NCBI GenBank assembly: GCA_046259355.1
Contig: JBJYWH010000298.1
Span: 10,895-74,352, forward strand
DNA from: Anaerolineales bacterium
GTDB taxonomy: Bacteria; Chloroflexota; Anaerolineae; Anaerolineales; E44-bin32
Length of the DNA stretch: 63,458 nt
Direction: 5' to 3'
Under the pieces are notes generated by a model that was not told the origin of the DNA, made no database searches, and saw nothing but the letters and a program-made list of their open reading frames with translations. The position numbers were made by a program, and so were the translations under genes. Positions 8,054 to 15,327 of the stretch are shown one piece after another (position 1 is the stretch's first letter; the number at the start of each line of letters is the position of its first letter).

Positions 8054-10177
8054 ATGTCCCAGATGTTCGAAGCTGATGTCGCATTGCTCCACATCGTTGG
8101 CGGCGGAGCCCGTATGACCTCCCCTCCGGGCACGCTCGCCCAGACAGCCCCACGGCGGTCAGCGCGCGGGCGCGATCAGGATTATCTATTTCTCAACATC
8201 AATCTGGAGGGCGCACGCCCGGCCTCACCCAGCCATCTCGATCATCTGGCCAGCCTCGCCTCGGCCGCATACTACACCACACCGGGATCGGTAACCGCCG
8301 CAATGCGGGAGGCGATCGCCGCACTCAACGACCAGGTCATCGACGCCAACCAGACCAGCGAACAGTCCACGGCCTTCCAGGGCTACGTGCTCTGCGCGGT
8401 GCTGCGCGGCATGGACCTCTATATCGGGCAGGTAGGTCTGGGCCAGGCCGTTCTCGTCCGCCCGGGCTCGGTGACCCGTATGACATCCGAGGAAGCCGCA
8501 CAGCGACCGCTTGGCATCAGCCTGTCACCGCACATCCGCTACTACCACCTGGAAGTGAAACCGTCCGATCTGATCATTCTCACAACCTCCTCGTCCGAAA
8601 TCTGGTCCGATGCAACCCTTTCCGGATTGAGCACGCTCGAACTCGACCAGGCCGTGGACCGCCTGGTAGCGGCCAGCGACCAGGATCTGACCGGCATCCT
8701 GGCTCGAATTGTCCCCCAGGGCTCAGCGGGAATTCAGCCGGTATTCTCGGGAAGTGGAAGCGCACCAGAACCCGTTCCCGAAACCTCCGGCCGGGTGCGC
8801 GGCAGCACCATCGGCATGCGGCAGCCCAGGACCTCAAGCGGCCTGAAACCGTACCTCGATCCACTGCGCCGCGGCCTGACCGGATTGTACGTGCGCGGCC
8901 TGACGCTCCTCTCCAACCTGATCAGCCGCATGGCGCCGGGCTTGAGCGAACCGCTGGAGCCCGATGCGCTCTCGCGTCGAATCCTGATCGCCACATCGGT
9001 CGTTGTTCCGCTCATCATCGTGGCCATTGCAGCCCTCATCTACTACGGGCGCGGCCGCGGCGAGCAGTTCCAAAGCTACCTCGACCAGGCGATCCAATCG
9101 GCAGCTCTGGCCCAGACCCGGCCCGCAGCGCAGGAAGCGCGGGGCGACTGGGAACAGGCCATGCGCATGCTGGATCTGGCAGCCAACTACGGCCAGAGTT
9201 CTTCGGCCGAAGAACTTCGCACACAGGTGCAGGGCGCGCTCGATGAACTGAACCTGGTCAAGCGGCTTGATTTCCAACCCGTCGTTCGGGGAGGCTTTGG
9301 AAGCGATGCCGAGCTTACGGCGCTGGCCGCTTCCGCTACCGACCTCTTCGTGCTGGATTCCGCCAATCGGATTATCCGCCATGCCTGGGGAGCTCCCGAA
9401 CGCGGCTTTGAGATTGACTCGACCTTCGACTGCCTGGGACCTTCGAATCCATTCCCGGAGCTGGGCCCGCCGATCGACATCGTGCTCCAGCCCGCTCCCG
9501 GCGCGCTGGGAGCGGAGGGCATCGTAGCCATCGACGCCGATGGCACATTGCTGTACTGCGCGCCCGACCGCCAACCGGCCCTGGCGCAGCTCACCACTCC
9601 CGATCTCGGCTGGGGGCGGATCCAGGCCATCGATGTGTACAGCGAGTCGCTTTACGTGCTCGACCCGGTCCTGAACGCGGTCTGGATCTACGAAGCCACC
9701 GGTGGGCTGTTCAGCGGCAACCCCGAGCTCTATTTCGTGGAGGAGGTCCGGGACCTGAAAGGTGCCATCGACCTCGCACTGGCGCAGGACGAGCTCGTCA
9801 TCCTGTATGCCGACGGGCGACTCGACCGCTGCCGGCGCACGGTCGGACCCCGGCAGGAGGATGGCAGCCGGCGGATTCGCGTGGAGTGCGACGACAAGCC
9901 CTATTTCGAGGATGAACGCCCCGGATTCGAGGCAACGGCTCAGATCTCCGGTGCTGTCCCGGTGGAGATGGCCTATTCTGCACCTCCCGAACCAGCGCTC
10001 TATTTTCTCGATCTGCTCAGCAACAGCGTGTTCCATTACAGCATGCGGCTGGTCTATCAGGCTCAGCTGCTCCCGAAGGAACCGTTTGACGGTGAAATCA
10101 GCTCGATGACCCTCGGACCGCCCAATGACCTGTACCTGGCCGTGGGATCTCAGGTATTCCACGCGAGGCCAGAATGA
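8054..10177 (+). CDS. membrane protein with a degenerate PP2C-like N-terminal domain and a large extracytoplasmic C-terminal domain (hypothetical)
   Basis: The ORF-track frame begins at 8006; ATG 8054 (MSQMFEAD) is preferred from the -10 spacing. The N-terminal segments YVLCAVLRGMDLYIGQVGLGQAVLVRPG and DLIILTTSS resemble PP2C strands but lack the DGxGG metal ligands. A TM helix (ILIATSVVVPLIIVAIAALIYY) is followed by about 370 aa outside the membrane. Confidence 0.55.
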   Translation: MSQMFEADVALLHIVGGGARMTSPPGTLAQTAPRRSARGRDQDYLFLNINLEGARPASPSHLDHLASLASAAYYTTPGSVTAAMREAIAALNDQVIDANQTSEQSTAFQGYVLCAVLRGMDLYIGQVGLGQAVLVRPGSVTRMTSEEAAQRPLGISLSPHIRYYHLEVKPSDLIILTTSSSEIWSDATLSGLSTLELDQAVDRLVAASDQDLTGILARIVPQGSAGIQPVFSGSGSAPEPVPETSGRVRGSTIGMRQPRTSSGLKPYLDPLRRGLTGLYVRGLTLLSNLISRMAPGLSEPLEPDALSRRILIATSVVVPLIIVAIAALIYYGRGRGEQFQSYLDQAIQSAALAQTRPAAQEARGDWEQAMRMLDLAANYGQSSSAEELRTQVQGALDELNLVKRLDFQPVVRGGFGSDAELTALAASATDLFVLDSANRIIRHAWGAPERGFEIDSTFDCLGPSNPFPELGPPIDIVLQPAPGALGAEGIVAIDADGTLLYCAPDRQPALAQLTTPDLGWGRIQAIDVYSESLYVLDPVLNAVWIYEATGGLFSGNPELYFVEEVRDLKGAIDLALAQDELVILYADGRLDRCRRTVGPRQEDGSRRIRVECDDKPYFEDERPGFEATAQISGAVPVEMAYSAPPEPALYFLDLLSNSVFHYSMRLVYQAQLLPKEPFDGEISSMTLGPPNDLYLAVGSQVFHARPE

Positions 10178-10188
10178 AAAGCAAAGCT

Positions 10189-10217
10189 TTGACATCGAAC
10201 CGGGGCGCGGCTAGAAT
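10189..10217 (+). promoter_or_regulatory. sigma-70-type promoter TTGACA-17-TAGAAT
   Basis: TTGACA is at 10189-10194, the spacer is exactly 17 nt, and TAGAAT is at 10212-10217. GGGAGG lies 7 nt before the TTG start of coaE. Confidence 0.55.
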
Positions 10218-10250
10218 CAAATTTCGAACCCCTCGCAGGGAGGAACCCTC

Positions 10251-11384
10251 TTGAGCCGCTGGCCAGGCAAGTACGTCATCGGACTGACGGGCAATATCGC
10301 CACCGGGAAGAGCGTCGTACGCAAGATGCTTGAACACCTGGGTGCGTACGGCATCGATGCCGACGCGCTTGCCCATCGCGCCATGGCAAAAGGCGCGCCT
10401 GGCTATCCGCTGGTGCTGAAAACGTTCGGCGAATGGATCCTGGATCAGGAAGGCCAGATCGATCGCACCAAGCTGGCGAAAATTGCCTTCACCGATCCGA
10501 ACGCGCTCGCCAAATTGGAAGCGATCGTCCATCCGCTCGTCGCCCATGCCGTCGATCTGCTCATCCGGCGTGCCAAACAGAGCATTGTCATCATCGAAGC
10601 GATCAAGCTGCTCGAATCGGACCTGGCGGCCGGATGCGACACGATCTGGGTGGTTGACGCACCGGCGGAACTGCAGATCGCTCGCCTGATGCACAAACGC
10701 CGCATGTCGGAAGCGGCAGCCCGCCAGCGGATCGCCGCCCAATCACCCCAGGCCTTGAAGCTGCGGGCAGCCAAGATTGTGATCCGCAACAACGGCTCGT
10801 TCGACAGCACCTGGGAACAGGTGCAGGAAGCCTGGAACAAGCTGCCCAAACCGGAGGAGCCGCTCCTGCCCGAGCCGCCGGTTGTCCGTCCAGGCGAGTT
10901 GATCGTGCGACGCGGTCGACCGCAGGACGCGGATGATATCGCCCGCTTTATCACGCAGGTCACGCACGGCAAGAAACGTATGACCCGCCAGGATGTCATG
11001 GCGGCTTTTGGTGAAAAGGCCTACCTGCTGATCATTCGGTCCAACGAAATCGCCGGACTGGCGGGTTGGCAGGTCGAAAACCTCGTCACCCGGATCGACG
11101 AGATGTACTTCGAGTCCGGGCTTCCGCTCGATGAGGCCATTCCCGCCCTGATGGAAGAGGTCGAGACCGCTTCAACCGAACTGCAGAGCGAAGCCTCCCT
11201 GCTCTTCCTGCCACCCTACCTCGCACAGCACGTCGGAGCCTGGCGCTCCGTCGGCTACCGGCCGCAGACCGTGCAGGCTCTTGGTGTGCGCGCCTGGCAG
11301 GAAGCGGCTCTCGAATCGATGCCGCGCGGCGCATCGCTCTGGTTCAAGCAGCTGCGCGCCGACCGCGTGCTCCGGCCACTGTAG
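10251..11384 (+). CDS. coaE: dephospho-CoA kinase fused to a ~170-aa GNAT-like C-terminal domain
   Basis: 377 aa with a TTG start. The CoaE N-terminus is IGLTGNIATGKS (P-loop), followed by ..GIDADALAH.. and AIVHPLV. Ordinary CoaE is about 200 aa. The extra C-terminal half (ELIVRRGRPQDADDIARFI...AGLAGWQVENLV...) looks acetyltransferase-fold-like but lacks a clear Q/RxxGxG/A motif. Confidence 0.8.
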   Translation: MSRWPGKYVIGLTGNIATGKSVVRKMLEHLGAYGIDADALAHRAMAKGAPGYPLVLKTFGEWILDQEGQIDRTKLAKIAFTDPNALAKLEAIVHPLVAHAVDLLIRRAKQSIVIIEAIKLLESDLAAGCDTIWVVDAPAELQIARLMHKRRMSEAAARQRIAAQSPQALKLRAAKIVIRNNGSFDSTWEQVQEAWNKLPKPEEPLLPEPPVVRPGELIVRRGRPQDADDIARFITQVTHGKKRMTRQDVMAAFGEKAYLLIIRSNEIAGLAGWQVENLVTRIDEMYFESGLPLDEAIPALMEEVETASTELQSEASLLFLPPYLAQHVGAWRSVGYRPQTVQALGVRAWQEAALESMPRGASLWFKQLRADRVLRPL

Positions 11385-11615
11385 TTCCACCTCACACACT
11401 TCGTACGCGAACACTACCATTCCCAGAACCCATCAGGTTGCAATTCTCGCCCGGGCGGCGATGCCTTGCGGACGATGAAAGTTCCCTTGGCCTTGCTCGG
11501 GTGAGGCCCGAATCCTGTCATTCCGATCCCGCCGGGTGAGGAATGCCCCGCTGGGCGTGATCTGCGGGCTGTCCGCCATGCGCGAAGCCCCTCAGTACAT
11601 CGTCGTGGTGCTCGC

Positions 11616-11663
11616 TCTTCGCATGCGCCTCGGGATGACATCTTGTGGCTTCCCGAGGCGGCT
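11616..11663 (+). repeat. imperfect ~45-nt repeat, copy A (TCGCAtGCGCC..GGATGACA..TGTGgCTTCCCgAgG)
   Basis: Hand alignment with 12693-12739 gives about 31 of 44 identical positions in the same orientation. It lies 3' of the HPS-like gene. Confidence 0.35.
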
Positions 11664-11711
11664 CTTAACGAAGACCGCTTGCGATCGAAGCGTTCGAAAG
11701 AGCGAAGCCGG

Positions 11712-12383
11712 TCAGCCTTCCGCCGACCCCCACAGCTCGCGCAGCCGCTCCTGGAACGTGCGCGCGGTGGCAGCCGGATCCGGGGTTTCGCGAATCGCGC
11801 GGCCGATGATGAAGACTGCAATCGGCAGGCCGGCAAAGAAATCCAGCGTCGCCAAATCCAGCCCGCCTGCGACCGAAAGTTTAAAACCCATCCCCGCCAG
11901 CGCCTCGAGCGTCTCCCGGTCTGACCGATCCCAGGTGCGGGATGTATTTCCCTCATCCCAGCCGCGATGGTAGACCATGCGCTCCACGCCCATCTCGCGC
12001 CATGTCCTGGCCCGCGCCAGGATGTTCTGGATGCCAGTCAATTCAACCAGGATCTCGTGCCCCGGCCGTGCAGCCGCCTCTTCCATCGCCAGCCGCAGCG
12101 TGTCGGTTGGGGCCGCACCGAGCACCGTCATCCAGTTCGCACCCGCATCGAATGCGATTTTTGCCTCCAACCCACCCACGTCCGGTGTTTTCATATCGGC
12201 CATGAGAATGTGGTCAGGACAAATTTCGCGCACCGCCCGCACAGCGTGCATTCCCTCCGCCTTGCAGAGCGGGGTCCCGATTTCAATTGCCTCAACGACG
12301 GGCGCCACGACTCGGGCCATTTCGACGGCGTCCCGGGTCTGGATGTAATCCATAGCGACTTGAATGATAGGTTTGCTGGTCAT
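11712..12383 (-). CDS. OMP-decarboxylase-fold enzyme, 3-hexulose-6-phosphate synthase / 3-keto-L-gulonate-6-P decarboxylase family
   Basis: The ORF-track frame extends to 12560; ATG 12383 (MTSKPIIQVAMDY...) is preferred, with GGAG 8 nt upstream. Family motifs are present: IIQVAMD, IEIGTPL, MADMKTPDVGG and SVAGGL. Confidence 0.75.
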   Translation of the reverse strand: MTSKPIIQVAMDYIQTRDAVEMARVVAPVVEAIEIGTPLCKAEGMHAVRAVREICPDHILMADMKTPDVGGLEAKIAFDAGANWMTVLGAAPTDTLRLAMEEAAARPGHEILVELTGIQNILARARTWREMGVERMVYHRGWDEGNTSRTWDRSDRETLEALAGMGFKLSVAGGLDLATLDFFAGLPIAVFIIGRAIRETPDPAATARTFQERLRELWGSAEG

Positions 12384-12500
12384 GTTATGCTCCATGATGT
12401 TCATCCGGCTTCCGTTATGCAAGGGAATCATCGAAAAAGCGAGAGCCGGGGTGATGGCGGATGAGATTGCATTCGGCGATCGGCACAGGTGCCTGCACGA

Positions 12501-12523
12501 GAAAACCCCCGACACGAGGGGGG
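12501..12523 (-). terminator. possible intrinsic terminator upstream of the HPS-like gene
   Basis: On the minus strand a 5-6 bp C/G stem (plus 12506-12510 pairing with 12518-12522) is followed by TTTTCT. The stem is short, so confidence is low. Confidence 0.3.
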
Positions 12524-12692
12524 CGCGCCGGGGGCTTTCTTCGGCGATGTCTGCAGCCATTCGCCATGGTTTATTTTGTCATCTCACATCAGTCTTTTCA
12601 AGGCACATATGTGAAGAAATGGGGTTCCGGATGGGCGCATTGCAGCGCCCACGCATGGGAAAGGTTGCGCCGGGATTGCCCGAGGCAGCCCC

Positions 12693-12739
12693 GGTCGCAA
12701 GCGCCCCGGATGACACGCTGTGCCTTCCCAAAGGCTTCT
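12693..12739 (+). repeat. imperfect ~45-nt repeat, copy B
   Basis: It aligns with 11616-11663 (TCGCAaGCGCC..GGATGACA..TGTGcCTTCCCaAaG). A further GGGATGACA lies at 12747-12755. Confidence 0.35.
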
Positions 12740-12762
12740 GTGCTGCGGGATGACAAACGGGG

Positions 12763-13248
12763 CTACACCAGAATCTTGTACATCACGTGCGCGTCGACAT
12801 ATCCATGTTCGGGATGCTTGAACGCTCCAGGCAGCGTACCCACGATGTGAAACCCGTGCTTCTGCCACAGCCGCACGGCAGCGGTATTGGTCGCAACCAC
12901 CAGGTTGTACTGCATGGCGCGAAACCCCATTCCCCGTGCCGTTTCCTGTGAGTGCTCGCACAGGGCGGAGGCGATGCCCTGCCCGCGAGCCCGCTCGGCC
13001 ACGACGTAGCCGCAGTTGCAGACATGGGCACCCTGCCCCGGCTGGTTGGGCTTGATGTAGTAGGTGCCGAGAATCTCGCCATCGACCCTGGCAATGAATG
13101 TCGCTCGCGGGAGTTCGACCCAATAGCGTTGCGCCTCGACCTCGGTGATCCCCGTTTCGAAAGCGTAGGTCGTTCCCTCACGGAACGTCGGCTCCAGTAT
13201 CGACCAAACTCCCGGCCAATCGCTCGCCTGCATTTGCACGATTTCCAT
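12763..13248 (-). CDS. GNAT family N-acetyltransferase
   Basis: 161 aa. The acetyl-CoA motif is VVAERARGQGIASAL (R-x-x-G-x-G/A). GAGGAGG SD lies upstream. Confidence 0.8.
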   Translation of the reverse strand: MEIVQMQASDWPGVWSILEPTFREGTTYAFETGITEVEAQRYWVELPRATFIARVDGEILGTYYIKPNQPGQGAHVCNCGYVVAERARGQGIASALCEHSQETARGMGFRAMQYNLVVATNTAAVRLWQKHGFHIVGTLPGAFKHPEHGYVDAHVMYKILV

Positions 13249-13301
13249 TCTGTCGGCCTCCTCAGCAACGGCACCCCATCAGGGAAAACCGATGAGCAAA
13301 T

Positions 13302-13330
13302 AAAAAAAGCCGGGCTGTTCAGCCCCGGCC
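13302..13330 (-). terminator. intrinsic terminator after the 13363..14364 gene
   Basis: GCCGGGCTG pairs with CAGCCCCGGC (one bulge), followed on the minus strand by TTTTTTT (plus A-run 13302-13308). Confidence 0.6.
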
Positions 13331-13362
13331 GGGTTGCTTTGACGATCGAGTCGAAATTCGCC

Positions 13363-14364
13363 TCACCACCAGATGCGGAAGGAGTCTCGCGTCGTGGTCA
13401 GCACGGTGCCGGATGAGACGAAATACTCCAGATCGACTTCGGTGCCCGGAGTCTGACTCTCGAAGCTGAGCTCCAGCGTGCTCACGCCGTGCTCATCGGT
13501 CGGGGGGAGCAGCAGCGTGCGGGTCTCCCCCTGGAAGTGCGCCACGAGCGTGACAGCCGCCGATTCGACCGGCAGCAGATTTTGATCCCGCACGACGACG
13601 AACACGCGCTGGACACCTTCCGAGCCCAGCACCGGATAGGCGACCGCTGCCTGTGGGTGCAGGTCGATTACCTCATACAGCATGGCGTTGCTGGGCGTCT
13701 TCGGCCGCAGCAGATCACGGTCGTAGCCCATCAAGTCGAAGTGAAGGCGTCCCAGAGGGGCGACCTGAACCTGCTCACCGGGCGGGTTCTCCGGGTACCA
13801 GTCCAGGCGGAAGCCCTGGAAGTACTGGACCAGGCGGTCGTTCTCGATGGTGAACTCGGAAACCGGGTAGCCGAACAGCTGTGGGCCCCCGTGTGCGCGG
13901 TAGAAATCGAGGAACATATAGCATACGCTGTGGCCGCTGAGGGCGTAGTACTCGCAGTCAGCGCTGGACCCGCTCGCCAGCGGATCGGCCAGATTCAGGG
14001 CGCGATCACCGACAAAGACCACGCCGAGCTCCTTCAGCGCCACCTCCATGCTTTCGGAATTCGGATCGGCGAAGAGTTCGAGCCGGCTGTTCTGGGTGTA
14101 CTGCACCACCAGGCCGGTCCAGTAATCAACAAAGGCATCCGTGATGGGAAAGCCGAGGATCGAGAGCCCGCCGTGCGCGTCAAAGTAATCGGTGAACTGT
14201 GGATCGAGCGTATGACCGGTTTCGGAGTAATAACGGCCAATGCCGCCCTGGGCGACGACGGGAACGGTCAGCCCAAGCAGGAGAAACGTGGCGAGCACGT
14301 AGGGCAGGACGCGGCGAATCCTGATGGAGGAACCCCTTTCACGGCTATACGAAAAGCCGCCCAC
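13363..14364 (-). CDS. secreted or anchored repeat protein (hypothetical)
   Basis: 333 aa with a GTG start and an N-terminal anchor VLPYVLATFLLLGLTVPVVAQG. An internal repeat is visible: GGLSILGFPITDAF..VVQYTQNSRLE versus GGPQLFGYPVSEFT..LVQYFQGFRLD (LGFP-like motif). Confidence 0.6.
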   Translation of the reverse strand: MGGFSYSRERGSSIRIRRVLPYVLATFLLLGLTVPVVAQGGIGRYYSETGHTLDPQFTDYFDAHGGLSILGFPITDAFVDYWTGLVVQYTQNSRLELFADPNSESMEVALKELGVVFVGDRALNLADPLASGSSADCEYYALSGHSVCYMFLDFYRAHGGPQLFGYPVSEFTIENDRLVQYFQGFRLDWYPENPPGEQVQVAPLGRLHFDLMGYDRDLLRPKTPSNAMLYEVIDLHPQAAVAYPVLGSEGVQRVFVVVRDQNLLPVESAAVTLVAHFQGETRTLLLPPTDEHGVSTLELSFESQTPGTEVDLEYFVSSGTVLTTTRDSFRIWW

Positions 14365-14409
14365 AGTCTAGATTCGTTTCAAAGGCTGCGCAACAGGACC
14401 AGAGTACTA

Positions 14410-15327
14410 TCAATCCCCCTCACCGGATCGCATGCGCAGGTATGAATCGTAGCGTTCCGGTGACACCCGCCCCTCCTCAACCGCTGCGATCACCGCACAG
14501 CCGGGTTCGTGGATGTGGGTGCAGTCGGAGAAGTCACACTCGGCGACCAGCTCCCGCAGCTCCGGAAAGTAGGCGTCCAGCTCCTCCGGCTCAATATCCC
14601 ACAGGGCCAGGGCTTTCAAGCCGGGCGTGTCGGCAACGTAGCCGCCGAAGTCGAGTTCGATTAATTTGGGAGCGACGGTGGTGTGCCTGCCCCTGCCAGT
14701 CGCCTGGCTGAACTCGCGCGTTCGAAGGCCCAGGCCCGGCTGCACCCGGTTCAAAAGGCTGGTCTTGCCCACACCGGACGGTCCGGCCAGAACCGAGATC
14801 TTCCCCTTAAGCTGCCTGCGGAGCCCACGGATGCCCTTTCCGCTCACCGCCGAGGTGAAGTGCACGGGATAGCCCAGGCGCTCGTACAGCCCGAACTCCT
14901 CTTTCGCACTGCGGGGTACGACCAGGTCGACCTTGTTGGCGATGATCACGGCGGGAATGGATTCACGCTCCGCGACGACCAGGAAACGGTCGAGCATGCG
15001 GAAGTTCGGATCGGGGTCGGCGCAGGCGAAGACGAAAAGCGCCTGATCCGGGTTGGCGACCAGCACCTGCTCGAGATCCGGGCGACCCGGTGCCTGGCGC
15101 GAGAGAACACGTTCGCGTTCGTGGATTTCCTCGATGATTCCGCTCCCGTCCTCCAGAAGCTGCACGCTCACCCGGTCACCGATTGCTGCCGCATCGCCCT
15201 CTCGCCGGCCCTGGGTCAGCCTGCCGCGCAGCCGACAGGTGAAAATCCCGTCGGACGTTTCCACATCAAATAAACCCGACTGGGCTTTGATGATCAGGCC
15301 GTCAAGGATCTGGCTCTCGGTCATCAT
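14410..15327 (-). CDS. rsgA: ribosome small-subunit-dependent GTPase A
   Basis: 305 aa. It has an OB-fold N-terminus, a circularly permuted GTPase (NKVDL ... GPSGVGKTSLLN) and the zinc knuckle CDFSDCTHIHEPGCAV. The start overlaps the PBP stop by 1 nt (TGATG). Confidence 0.9.
   Translation of the reverse strand: MMTESQILDGLIIKAQSGLFDVETSDGIFTCRLRGRLTQGRREGDAAAIGDRVSVQLLEDGSGIIEEIHERERVLSRQAPGRPDLEQVLVANPDQALFVFACADPDPNFRMLDRFLVVAERESIPAVIIANKVDLVVPRSAKEEFGLYERLGYPVHFTSAVSGKGIRGLRRQLKGKISVLAGPSGVGKTSLLNRVQPGLGLRTREFSQATGRGRHTTVAPKLIELDFGGYVADTPGLKALALWDIEPEELDAYFPELRELVAECDFSDCTHIHEPGCAVIAAVEEGRVSPERYDSYLRMRSGEGD

Noticed and set aside
8834-10195. 453-aa minus-strand ORF
   Set aside because: It is a shadow ORF antisense to the 8054-10177 gene. 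It is Arg/Gly/Gln-rich with no start context.
11414-11973. ORFs 11414-11956 (-), 11536-11973 (+) and 11643-11924 (+) in and around the coaE/HPS gap
   Set aside because: They overlap the well-supported HPS-like CDS out of frame or antisense. They run through repeat-containing non-coding DNA, are Arg/Ser/Pro-rich, and have no SD.
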